Source: Candidatus Cryptobacteroides sp.
GTDB lineage: Bacteria > Bacteroidota > Bacteroidia > Bacteroidales > UBA932
Assembly: GCA_051878295.1 (NCBI GenBank)
Contig: JBJEJV010000043.1
Location: 10,022 to 74,021 of the forward strand
Direction: 5' to 3'
Length of the DNA stretch: 64,000 nt
This document shows positions 1 through 8,921 of the stretch, piece by piece. The position numbers and the translations under genes are program-made. Position 1 is the stretch's first letter. Each line of letters begins with the position of its first letter. The notes under the pieces are model-generated. The model did no database searches, was not told the DNA's origin, and worked only from the letters and a program-made list of their open reading frames with translations.

Positions 1-2
1 AG

Positions 3-887
3 GCATTGGTGAACGCAGGCATCAACATCAACGACAAAATCTACCTCGGCGTCAACCTCGGAGCAGTCACGATGAACTACAACTATGACGAGTACTTCAA
101 GGAGGCGGCAAACGACCCGGCGGACTTCGTCATTGAATATGAAGACGCCACCACCTGCTTCAAGGACTACCGCGCCCGCTATTCCTACTCGGCCGACGGC
201 GAGGGTGTCTATGCGAAGATAGGATTCATCGCCCTCCCTCTTCCGGGCCTCAGGATAGGTGCCGCCATCCAGACTCCGACCTGGATGAACATTAACGAGT
301 TCTGGCGCAACGCTTCGGAGGTCAACTACACGGACCAGAGATTCAACGGCTCGGCCATCTCGCCCGAGGGCAACTTCTCCTATATGCTCCGCTCCCCTTA
401 CAGGGTAAATGCCGGTGTCGCCTACACGGCCCTGGGCAGGCTGCTCGTCAGTGCGGACTACGAAATGGTGGACTACAGGACGATGAGGTTCAGCAACGAC
501 GATTTCAACTGGAACACCGACTTCTCCAATGTCAACGCCGACATCAGGGACTGTATGGGCGTATCGCACACGGTCAGGGTGGGCGCAGAGTACAAGCCGG
601 TCCCGGGCATGGCCGTCCGCGCGGGCTACAACTACTCGATGACTCCGGAATATTCCTACGCCACAGGCCTGAAGAGCACCATCAAGGATGTAGTCAATTC
701 CTATTCCATCGGTCTCGGCTACTCTTCCAAGAAGTCATTCTTCGCGGACATCGCAGCCCGTATGACCACATTCTGCGACGAGTACATCTACCCTTATCCT
801 GACTATCTGGACGACTACCTCTCGCCTGCGATTCTGAACAGGAGGGAAAGGTACAACATCACCGCCACGGTAGGCTGGAGGTTCTGA
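3..887 (+). CDS. OmpP1/FadL-family outer membrane beta-barrel protein (5' partial)
   Basis: Frame open from the window edge; alternating amphipathic strands, repeated GxAY/GAEY motifs, C-terminal aromatic barrel signal VGWRF. Confidence 0.75.
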   Translation, partial: ALVNAGININDKIYLGVNLGAVTMNYNYDEYFKEAANDPADFVIEYEDATTCFKDYRARYSYSADGEGVYAKIGFIALPLPGLRIGAAIQTPTWMNINEFWRNASEVNYTDQRFNGSAISPEGNFSYMLRSPYRVNAGVAYTALGRLLVSADYEMVDYRTMRFSNDDFNWNTDFSNVNADIRDCMGVSHTVRVGAEYKPVPGMAVRAGYNYSMTPEYSYATGLKSTIKDVVNSYSIGLGYSSKKSFFADIAARMTTFCDEYIYPYPDYLDDYLSPAILNRRERYNITATVGWRF

Positions 888-900
888 AAACGGAACTCTC

Positions 901-1575
901 CTACAGATTCTTCAGATAGGAAATCGAATCGGGACCTTCATTGAACAGAAGGTCGATGATTGAAAGATTGGAAATGAAACCGTGCTTCCGGGCAAAGACC
1001 TGGTAGTATGGTTTTTCCAGTCCCAGGTCGGCCAGGGTCGTGTCCGGCCTTTTGGGATGGAGCAGTTCCCGGTAATCCGCTCCGTAAAGGCCGGTCTCAA
1101 GAGCTTCCGTCCGGGAACGGACCGGAAGATACTCCTCCGTCAGCCTGATGTCGGCGACGATTCCGGTCTTCTTCAGGAAGAAGCGGACAAGGCTGAGATT
1201 CAGTTCGAAGAGAGTCTCGGGACGGGAATCCATTATGGCGAAGAGTTCATCCCGGTAGTGGTCGAAATAGGGAGTCCGGTCGTAGGCCGCGGAAATCGCG
1301 CGCTGGGTCCTCAGCACCCAGGGAGTCGAATAGTCCACCCGAACCTCGGTGATTCCGCAGTGCCCGGTTCCGGTGTGGACGACCGGGAAATTCAGGTCCT
1401 GCGGACCGTCAGCGGCGTAGAAACGGAAACGGTTGCGCCAGCTCTGCTTCTGGTAGTTCTCGCAGGCTTCAAGGTAAACCACAGACGGAATCACCCCGTC
1501 CGGAGACAGGGTGAAATCTTTCGCAATCAGCGCAAAAAAACTGACAGGCGGGAAATATGCCGTCGAAAGTAGCAT
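901..1575 (-). CDS. WbqC-like family protein
   Basis: LLSTAYFPP start, ENYQKQSWRNR, Y..TPYF..Y and C-terminal NLSIIDLLFNEGP motifs typical of WbqC family. Confidence 0.88.
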   Translation of the reverse strand: MLLSTAYFPPVSFFALIAKDFTLSPDGVIPSVVYLEACENYQKQSWRNRFRFYAADGPQDLNFPVVHTGTGHCGITEVRVDYSTPWVLRTQRAISAAYDRTPYFDHYRDELFAIMDSRPETLFELNLSLVRFFLKKTGIVADIRLTEEYLPVRSRTEALETGLYGADYRELLHPKRPDTTLADLGLEKPYYQVFARKHGFISNLSIIDLLFNEGPDSISYLKNL

Positions 1576-1580
1576 CTCCC

Positions 1581-2393
1581 CTATTCGAAATCAGTATGGT
1601 CCTTGGAATCGTTTGCCCTGATGATGCCTCTCTTGGAGCCTCTGATGAAATCGAGGATGACGTCCCTTTCCATACTCTGAGGGAAGCCGGCCTCAACCTT
1701 GGCACAGCCGTCGGAAATGTTCAGGCCTTCAAAATAGATGGTGTTGTAGATGTCCTGGATGTTCCTGATGACTTCTGAAGAGAAGCCCCTTCTGCGGAGT
1801 CCGACGATGTTCACGCCGCAGTAGCAGAGAGGTTCCCTTCCGCAAAGTGCGAACGGAGGCACATCCTTGTTGATGCGGGAAGCTCCGCCGACCATCGCAT
1901 GCATTCCGATTCTGGAGAACTGGTGAGCCTTGGTGCCGCCGCCGATGATGGCCCAGTCGGCCACTTCGGTCTCGCCGGCGATTCCGACGTAGCTCACGAG
2001 AATGCAGTGCTCTCCGACGACGCAGTCGTGGGCGATGTGTACGTAGGACATAATGAGGGTGTCGCTGCCGACCTTGGTCACTCCCTTGCCGCTTGCCTTG
2101 GTGCCGCGGTTGATGGTCGCGCACTCGCGGATGGTCACATTGTCGCCGATTTCAACATAGGTCACTTCCCCGTCGAACTTGAGGTCCTGCGGGACGGCGC
2201 CGACTACGGCTCCGGGGAAGACGGAGCAGTTCTTGCCCATCTTGACATATTCGAATATGACGGCATGCGGAAGAATCTTGCATCCGTCGCCGATTTCGAC
2301 ATTGTCGTCAATGTAGGCGTACGGACCTACCTCGATGTTGTCTCCGAGCTTTGCGTTCGGGCTCACTGTCGCCAGTGGAGATATTTTGTTCAT
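1581..2393 (-). CDS. lpxA: Acyl-ACP--UDP-N-acetylglucosamine O-acyltransferase
   Basis: Hexapeptide repeats, GAVPQDLKF, IRECATINRGT, HIAHDC, GVNIVGLRRRGF. Confidence 0.97.
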   Translation of the reverse strand: MNKISPLATVSPNAKLGDNIEVGPYAYIDDNVEIGDGCKILPHAVIFEYVKMGKNCSVFPGAVVGAVPQDLKFDGEVTYVEIGDNVTIRECATINRGTKASGKGVTKVGSDTLIMSYVHIAHDCVVGEHCILVSYVGIAGETEVADWAIIGGGTKAHQFSRIGMHAMVGGASRINKDVPPFALCGREPLCYCGVNIVGLRRRGFSSEVIRNIQDIYNTIYFEGLNISDGCAKVEAGFPQSMERDVILDFIRGSKRGIIRANDSKDHTDFE

Positions 2394-2440
2394 AATGCTT
2401 TTTTGTTTAGTTGCCTGAGTTACTAAATACAGTTAGCGGA

Positions 2441-3352
2441 TTATATTGCATCCAAAACTGCCTTCGCTGCACGGGTATTGATTCCGTGTCCGGGCTTGTA
2501 GGCGGTGACCTTTGCGGCGAGGGTTCCTCCGCACAGCATCAGGTCGCCTATCATATCCATCATCTTGTGCCTTCCGCACTCGTTCGGGAACCTCAAGGTG
2601 AGATTGTTGAGATAGCCGCCCTCGTTTACGGAAAGTTCCGGAACATTGAACAGCACCGAGAGTCTCTTGAGCTGTTCGCCGGAAACCGGATGTTCGACGA
2701 TTACAATCGCGTTGTCCACGTCTCCTCCCCTTACAAGGTTGTTCTGGAACAGGAATTCGATTTCATGGAAAAACACGAATGTCCTGCACGGACCGAGTTC
2801 CCCAGCAAAGTCAGTGCCAGAATCCCAGTGGGCGGTCTGTACACCGAGGACTTTGGAACCGAAATCCACAGTTATGTCGAAGGAAGGAGCGTCCGCAGGG
2901 CTTATCCTGATCCACGAACCGGACTTCTCGTCCGAAACGAGGATTTCCTCAGGCACTCTGACATATTCCTTGTCGGCATCCTGGACCGCGAGGCCGTCTT
3001 TCGCGAATGCCTCCACGTAGGCCCTGGCGCTTCCGTCCAGAATAGGGACTTCCACATTGTCAATGTCCACGAAGGCATTGTCAACTCCCATTCCGCAGAA
3101 TGCCGACATAAGGTGTTCGATGGTGGAGACGGAGACATCCCCGCAGCTTAGCGTTGTGCTCCGGGCAGTGGATGAGACGTTGGAAGCGAGAGCCTTGACC
3201 GAGGCGCCTTCGCCGAGATCCGTTCTCCTGAACACGATGCCCGTACCTGCGGGTGCAGGTTTGACCGTCATGTGCGAGTAGTTACCGGTATGGAGTCCTT
3301 TACCTTCAAAAAGATGTTCGGAAGACAGAGTCTTCTGTTTGATCGAAGTCAT
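2441..3352 (-). CDS. lpxC: UDP-3-O-acyl-N-acetylglucosamine deacetylase (LpxC domain only, no FabZ fusion)
   Basis: KQKTL, GKGLHTG, STIEHLMSA zinc motif, PILDGSA, RHKMMDMIGDL, PGHGIN; start placed at ATG 3352 (MTSIKQ) below a TAnnTTTG promoter. Confidence 0.95.
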   Translation of the reverse strand: MTSIKQKTLSSEHLFEGKGLHTGNYSHMTVKPAPAGTGIVFRRTDLGEGASVKALASNVSSTARSTTLSCGDVSVSTIEHLMSAFCGMGVDNAFVDIDNVEVPILDGSARAYVEAFAKDGLAVQDADKEYVRVPEEILVSDEKSGSWIRISPADAPSFDITVDFGSKVLGVQTAHWDSGTDFAGELGPCRTFVFFHEIEFLFQNNLVRGGDVDNAIVIVEHPVSGEQLKRLSVLFNVPELSVNEGGYLNNLTLRFPNECGRHKMMDMIGDLMLCGGTLAAKVTAYKPGHGINTRAAKAVLDAI

Positions 3353-3388
3353 AGCTATTGTTGGCTGCATCATTTTTAATGCAGTCTG

Positions 3389-3396
3389 CAAAGATA
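3389..3396 (-). promoter_or_regulatory. Bacteroidota sigma-A -7 element for lpxC-lpxA-wbqC
   Basis: TATCTTTG on minus strand matches TAnnTTTG, 36 nt upstream of the lpxC ATG. Confidence 0.65.
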
Positions 3397-3490
3397 TGTA
3401 TTAAATTGATTAATAGCAAAAGTACCTGAAGCAATTCCTTCCGTCCCAGCCCGGCGGAGTCCCCTGCTGCCGGAATGAAGAGGGGCGCCG

Positions 3491-4414
3491 TCATTTCTGT
3501 TCCGCATCGACAAGGTTGTTCAGGATGGCATAGGCGGTAAGGCCTGCAATGGTCCTGATTCCGGTCTTGCGGGCTATATTCTTCCTGTGGGAGATGACGG
3601 TGTGGATGGAAATGTTGTACTTGGAGGCGATTTCCTTGTTGAGGAGGCCCTGGGCGACACCTTTGAGAATCTCCACCTCGCGCGTGGAGAGCTTGTCCGA
3701 GGAATCGGAGGATTCCGCCACGCCTGCATCCTCCAGATGGTTCACGGCCGGAATCAGGATTCTGTCCTCGATGATGGTGTGCTTCAAGAGGTCCTTCTCC
3801 AGGCTGAATATCCCGGAGAGGGCGGAGCGTATCAGACTCTGGTCGCACTGGGCCGGGAGATAGGTCATTATCAGTTTCTTCAGCTCGTCCAGCTTTTCCT
3901 GCACGTCAGAGTGGTGCTGCTCATATTCGAGTATGGAGAAGTCATCCTGTGCGCCCTTGTCGAGCATCGCCTCGACATAGGGGAATACGACCGACTCTTC
4001 GTAGGCGAAGTGCCGCGACAGTTCCTGCGTGTAGTCGGAGAAGAATCTGGAGATTATCATCTTGTGGGTGTCTCCGCAGGGAGACAGCAGGGCGTCGAGG
4101 GAGAGGGAGAGGGATTTGACGGCAGTGTTCTCATAATAGCTGTGGGAACGGCGGAGATAGCGCAGCACATCCCTGAGGTCTATCTTGTCCAGGAGTTCCC
4201 TGGACGGAGTGTAGTCTTCGTACAGATACACATTGCAGATCAGGAGGAAACTTGCGGTGTTCACCCCCGCGGCCGAACAGACTTTGTCAACCGTCTTGTC
4301 TCCAAAACCGTAAGAGAGCCCTATCCTCTCCAGAACACCCGAGAGGGTGAAATCCCGGTCCATCAGATCCGACATTTTCATTTCAGGTGTCAACGCTTCC
4401 CAGTTTCGCATCAT
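3491..4414 (-). CDS. Hemerythrin/RIC-like domain fused to C-terminal LuxR-type HTH transcriptional regulator
   Basis: ScdA_N-like N-terminus (MKMSDLM...GDKTVDKVC), His/Glu motifs HSYY, HFAYEE, HHSDVQE, HTIIED; C-terminal LSTREVEILKGVAQGLLNKEIA...ISIHTVISHRKNI. Confidence 0.9.
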   Translation of the reverse strand: MMRNWEALTPEMKMSDLMDRDFTLSGVLERIGLSYGFGDKTVDKVCSAAGVNTASFLLICNVYLYEDYTPSRELLDKIDLRDVLRYLRRSHSYYENTAVKSLSLSLDALLSPCGDTHKMIISRFFSDYTQELSRHFAYEESVVFPYVEAMLDKGAQDDFSILEYEQHHSDVQEKLDELKKLIMTYLPAQCDQSLIRSALSGIFSLEKDLLKHTIIEDRILIPAVNHLEDAGVAESSDSSDKLSTREVEILKGVAQGLLNKEIASKYNISIHTVISHRKNIARKTGIRTIAGLTAYAILNNLVDAEQK

Positions 4415-4434
4415 ATTCTTGGTTTTTCCAAGTG

Positions 4435-4442
4435 CAAAGTTA
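4435..4442 (-). promoter_or_regulatory. -7 promoter element for the hemerythrin-LuxR regulator
   Basis: TAACTTTG on minus strand, 20 nt before the ATG at 4414. Confidence 0.65.
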
Positions 4443-4554
4443 ATGATTCTGACGATTCGGCGCATCCCCATTTATGGTGAGTCCGCTCCCCCGATGGCCG
4501 TTTTCCGGGAATATTTCCCACCATTTTGGGATTGCCGAGGACTCTTATGAGGCG

Positions 4555-4562
4555 TAATTTTG
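4555..4562 (+). promoter_or_regulatory. -7 promoter element for the porin-imelysin-diheme-ccsBA operon
   Basis: TAATTTTG, 24 nt before the ATG at 4587. Confidence 0.65.
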
Positions 4563-4586
4563 CAAAGTTTTTCAATGAAATGCACT

Positions 4587-5858
4587 ATGAAATCCAGACT
4601 CATCCTGATAGCGTCATTCCTGTTCATCTGCTTCGCCGCGAATGCCCAGCAGGCTAAAGAAGGCCGCCTTACCATCGGCGGTTACGGAGAGGTGGCGCTG
4701 ACCCGCAATTTCTACAGCGACAATGTTTACCGATACTCATCCGCGTCCTCCCACACCGGAGAGCAGCACGGACGCTTCGACATCCCGCACTCTGTCATCT
4801 ACCTCGGCTATGACTTCGGAAAAGGCTGGACGATGCAGACGGAAATCGAGTTCGAGCACACGGGTACGGGCAGTGCCGTGGAAAAGGAGTTCGAGGAAGC
4901 CGGAGAATGGGAGTCCGAAACCGAAAGGGGCGGAGAAGTGGAGCTGGAGCAGTTCTGGCTGCAGAAGAGCTTCTGCCGGGAGTTCAACATAAGAATGGGG
5001 CACATAGTCGTCCCTGTGGGCGGACTGAACAATGCGCACGAGCCGCTGAACTTCTTCACTGTTTACCGTCCGGAAGGAGAATACAACATCCTGCCGAGCA
5101 CCTGGCACGACACGGGAATCAGCCTTTGGGGCAGAACCGCGCACTGGCGCTACGAGGCGATGGTCGTGGCGGGACTTGACGCCTATATGTTCAGCACGGA
5201 GAATTTCATCAAGGACGGAGCGGGTTCTCCCTTCGAGTTCAAGGTCGCCAACCAGCTCGGATTCGCCGCACGCATAGACAATTACTCAGTAAAGAATCTG
5301 AGAATGTCCCTGAGCGCTTACTACGGAAGGTCCTTCAACAACACCTACCCCTACGAGGTGATTTCCGAGGAATCCCGTTATTACGGAGTGGTCGGGCGCA
5401 CCGCAGTCGGAGCCTTTGATTTCGCCTACACCGGAAAGCGTTTCATAGCCAGGGGCAATCTGGATTATGGATATGTCGGCGACGCGGCCCTCATCAGCAC
5501 GATGAAGCGCAACCGCAGCGCGAACAACGCCCCGTACGAAAAATCGGCCGTGGGCAAGGGTGCCTTCGCGGCCGGCGTCGAAGCCGGCTACGACCTGCTG
5601 TCCCTGTTCCGCCAGAAGGAAGACGAGAAACTGTTCCTGTTCGGCAGGTACGAATATTACAACTCATACATCCCGGACACGGGACAGGAGGCTGCCGAGT
5701 GGACGGCCAAGCACAGGATCGCCGTGGGTGTCAACTACTACCCCCTGCCCCAGATTGCAGTGAAGGCGGAATATTCGCACCGCTTCCTCAAGACCGGCTA
5801 CAACCCGGAGCCATCCATAAGCCTCGGCATTTGCTATATGGCCTTCTTCAAGAAATAA
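4587..5858 (+). CDS. Outer membrane porin-like beta-barrel associated with imelysin loci
   Basis: Sec signal ending ANA-QQ, TIGGYGE, FEIEFEH...GGEVELEQFW, HEPLNFFTVYRP..E..ILPSTWH, terminal aromatic residues. Confidence 0.8.
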   Translation: MKSRLILIASFLFICFAANAQQAKEGRLTIGGYGEVALTRNFYSDNVYRYSSASSHTGEQHGRFDIPHSVIYLGYDFGKGWTMQTEIEFEHTGTGSAVEKEFEEAGEWESETERGGEVELEQFWLQKSFCREFNIRMGHIVVPVGGLNNAHEPLNFFTVYRPEGEYNILPSTWHDTGISLWGRTAHWRYEAMVVAGLDAYMFSTENFIKDGAGSPFEFKVANQLGFAARIDNYSVKNLRMSLSAYYGRSFNNTYPYEVISEESRYYGVVGRTAVGAFDFAYTGKRFIARGNLDYGYVGDAALISTMKRNRSANNAPYEKSAVGKGAFAAGVEAGYDLLSLFRQKEDEKLFLFGRYEYYNSYIPDTGQEAAEWTAKHRIAVGVNYYPLPQIAVKAEYSHRFLKTGYNPEPSISLGICYMAFFKK

Positions 5859-5879
5859 TCAATCAAAACAGCAACGATA

Positions 5880-7094
5880 ATGAAAAAGTATCAAATCCTT
5901 CTTCTGGCGACGGCCTTCATCCTGAGCGCAGCATCCTGCGAGAAGACCCCCGCTCCAGATACGGACAGCGAGCAGGACAGAGCCCTGCAGGCCGCTGTGG
6001 AACAGTATGTACCCCAGGTAATCTACAATATCTACGGCAATCTTGCCGATGCTTCGGAATCCCTGTACAATCAGCTTACGGAATTGAAGGCCTGCAGCAG
6101 CTACAGCCAGTCCCAGATAGACCAGGTTTGCGCCACCTTCCTGGAGGCACGCAGATGGTGGGAACTCAGCGAGGCCTTCCTCTACGGTGCGGCGACTGCG
6201 TATGGCATCGACGCCCACATCGATTCCTGGCCGCTGGACAAGGACAAGCTCGCAAAGAGTCTGTCCAATGCCGAGACCATCGCCGACCTCGACGCTGAAG
6301 GTGCCGGAGCCGTCGATGAGGTGGGAGCCGCTTCTTTGGGCTTCCACGGAATAGAATTCATCATATTCAGAGGCGGTAAGAACCGCTCTGCGGAAGCCCT
6401 CAACGGAATGGAAGACGACGATGCCTTCTCCGGCCGCAATGTGAGCGGAAAGAGTGAAATCATATTCGCCACCGCAGTGGCCGAAGACCTCCGCAACTAC
6501 TGCTTCGAGCTTCAGGCCTCCTGGGACCCGGACTGCCCGCAGGAGCGCGTGGAACTGGTTGAAGACCTGGAACTCAACACCACAATGGACAGCGGACTGA
6601 CTTACGGCGAGAATCTGCTCCGGACCGGCAATGCCGGCAGCACCTACCGCAGCTGGCCGGAAGCCGTTTCAAGCATCCTCGTGGCAGGCTGCTCCAACAT
6701 CAGCAACGAGGTGGCGAACACCAAAATCGGCACCGCCCACTATGTCAGCAGTTCGAACTATGATCCGGACTACATCGAGTCCCCATATTCAAAGCAGTCC
6801 TACCAGGACTTCAAGGACAACATCCTCTCGATTCAGTACAGCCTCTACGGCGCCCTGAATGCCACTTCCGCCCGCAGCGCATCCATCGCCTCCTTCCTGA
6901 AAACCTACAGCTGGCCGAAGGCTGCCGAGCTGGAAAACGCTCTCCAGGCCTCAATCAAGGCTTTGGACGAGGCTATGGCGAAAGGGGCTTTCGTGGACAA
7001 CCCGACTTCTGCCGAAGCGGAGAACTGCATCACCAAAATCAATGCGCTGGACGCCCTTCTGAATGAGGCGGCAGACTGGATTTCAAAACTTTAA
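5880..7094 (+). CDS. Imelysin-family (peptidase M75 / IrpA / EfeO-like) lipoprotein, putative iron-binding
   Basis: Lipobox AASC; WELSEAFLYG, HIDSWPLD, GFHGIEF (GxHxxE metal motif), EVANTKIG, IESPYS. Confidence 0.9.
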   Translation: MKKYQILLLATAFILSAASCEKTPAPDTDSEQDRALQAAVEQYVPQVIYNIYGNLADASESLYNQLTELKACSSYSQSQIDQVCATFLEARRWWELSEAFLYGAATAYGIDAHIDSWPLDKDKLAKSLSNAETIADLDAEGAGAVDEVGAASLGFHGIEFIIFRGGKNRSAEALNGMEDDDAFSGRNVSGKSEIIFATAVAEDLRNYCFELQASWDPDCPQERVELVEDLELNTTMDSGLTYGENLLRTGNAGSTYRSWPEAVSSILVAGCSNISNEVANTKIGTAHYVSSSNYDPDYIESPYSKQSYQDFKDNILSIQYSLYGALNATSARSASIASFLKTYSWPKAAELENALQASIKALDEAMAKGAFVDNPTSAEAENCITKINALDALLNEAADWISKL

Positions 7095-7099
7095 GCTCA

Positions 7100-8872
7100 A
7101 TGAACACAAAAATGTTTCTCTTTGCCGCAGCCGCCGTCGTTTTGGCTGCGGCCGCCTGCGAAAACAACGAGGAGGCGCCGCTTGCCGTCATTGAATCAGA
7201 TGCCAAGTATGTAGGCCAGGCAGTAGGCAACTTCTCGGCGGAAGAATGGTATCCCGGAGGTCTTCTGGGCACCACCGACAATGTGACGGAAGGCTGCTAT
7301 GAAGACGAGGCACCGGCAGTGGAAGAGCAGGGTCTTCTCACCCAGTTCAACCACGGGGAGATGTTCTTCGAGCGCAATTTCACCCTGAATTCGGCTCCGT
7401 TCAAGGGACTCGGACCGGCCTCAGTGCGCAAATCCTGCCTGGACTGCCATCCGGCATACGGCCACGGCAAATGGCAAAGCAGCTATGAAGCCAACACGGC
7501 CCGCGCTTTCGGCAACGGCTACCTGCTGGTGGTCTATTATGCCGAAGAGCCGGGGAGCAACGACGGAAGCTATGTTTCGGAAGTGACGGGAATGCCGCAG
7601 ACAATGGCTGCGGAGCCTTTCCTCCCTCCTATCGATGAGAAAGGAATCTCGCTGTCCTGGATTCCGGTAAGGGAAATGGAAAGCGGATTGCCGATGCAGT
7701 TCCCGGACGGAGAATCCTACAGCCTCCAGTACCCTGAGCTGACCATAGCCAGGGAGGCTTTCAACACCGACCCCAATCCTTATGAAACCGCCCAGCAGAA
7801 AGGCCTCACGATGGGTTTCCGCCTGGAATCCACCATCGGAGTGATCGGAGCCGGGCTGATAGATGCCATTCCTGACGACGCCCTGCGCGAGCAGTACCGG
7901 GCAGAAGCCCCTTATGTGGAACTGAATCCGTCCTTCTGGGACAAGGGCAGGAATGACTTCGCCGAGACTGCCTACTACTCCAACTGGCAGGCCGGAGAGA
8001 ACGGAGCGGGAATCCTTGCCGACGGGACCCGGGTGGCCCGCGGAGAGTTCAAGCCCGTCAAGCGATACACCTATGCTTTGACCAGAGGCTCCTTGCAGGA
8101 CGGTGCTGGAGCCAATGCAATATGGAACATTACGAACGTAACCCGTCCGGACCGTCCTTACCTGTACACCACGGTGGCTTGGGCGAAGAAAATGAGTGAG
8201 ACGCCATCAGTGATTGCAGCCATACGTGCCGAAAAAGAGGCTTCGCCTTACTACGTGGATGTGAACAAGGACGGTACGGTTACGGACGAGGAAATATCCG
8301 AGGCGGTTCTGGCTCTCCTGAGCCCGACCACCAACCAGTTCGACAATCCTTACCACAACTTTGAAGCGGAGATGAGCGCCGACCAGTTCTACGACTTTAT
8401 GGTCTGGCACCGCGGACTTTCCATTCCGAGGGCCCGCAACCTGCACGAGAAAGACGTGCAGAGGGGCAAGGAGCTCTTCATCGAAATGGGCTGCGCGACC
8501 TGCCACAAGCCATCCTGGAAAACCGGCGACGACAACTACTGGAGCCCTGCCATGAACGAAGGCAAGCCGCTTCCGCGCTACGCCAACCAGACAATCTGGC
8601 CATATTCAGACTTCATCCAGCACCGCCTGTACATGAAGAACGACATCCACGGCACCTGGTGCAGGACCACCCCGCTTTGGGGACGCGGTCTTTCATCCCA
8701 GAACACCGGAGCCTCCGACAGGCTTCACGACTGCAGGGCCCGGACCGTGGTGGAGGCCATAATGTGGCACGCCTATTCCAAGAAGAGCGACGCCTATTCC
8801 TCAGGGGAGAAGTTCTACAACCTCTCCAAGGAGGACCGCGACGCCGTGGTGAGATTCATCGATTCAATCTGA
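7100..8872 (+). CDS. Di-heme oxidoreductase (DHOR/DUF1111-like) c-type cytochrome lipoprotein
   Basis: Lipobox AAAC; two CxxCH motifs (CLDCH 7436-7450, CATCH 8492-8506); GLGP...SC, IGAGLIDAIPD, WRT-like RTTPLWGRG, LHDCRART..EAIMWH. Confidence 0.9.
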   Translation: MNTKMFLFAAAAVVLAAAACENNEEAPLAVIESDAKYVGQAVGNFSAEEWYPGGLLGTTDNVTEGCYEDEAPAVEEQGLLTQFNHGEMFFERNFTLNSAPFKGLGPASVRKSCLDCHPAYGHGKWQSSYEANTARAFGNGYLLVVYYAEEPGSNDGSYVSEVTGMPQTMAAEPFLPPIDEKGISLSWIPVREMESGLPMQFPDGESYSLQYPELTIAREAFNTDPNPYETAQQKGLTMGFRLESTIGVIGAGLIDAIPDDALREQYRAEAPYVELNPSFWDKGRNDFAETAYYSNWQAGENGAGILADGTRVARGEFKPVKRYTYALTRGSLQDGAGANAIWNITNVTRPDRPYLYTTVAWAKKMSETPSVIAAIRAEKEASPYYVDVNKDGTVTDEEISEAVLALLSPTTNQFDNPYHNFEAEMSADQFYDFMVWHRGLSIPRARNLHEKDVQRGKELFIEMGCATCHKPSWKTGDDNYWSPAMNEGKPLPRYANQTIWPYSDFIQHRLYMKNDIHGTWCRTTPLWGRGLSSQNTGASDRLHDCRARTVVEAIMWHAYSKKSDAYSSGEKFYNLSKEDRDAVVRFIDSI

Positions 8873-8921
8873 GCGGGGGGGGACTGTCCTCCCTCATCCT
8901 GCCCCAGTATTTCCGGAGAAA

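Noticed and set aside
8875-8882. G8 run between the di-heme gene and ccsBA as a phase-variable switch
   Set aside because: Intergenic, not in a promoter spacer or coding frame; more likely one arm of a weak hairpin with TCCTCCC
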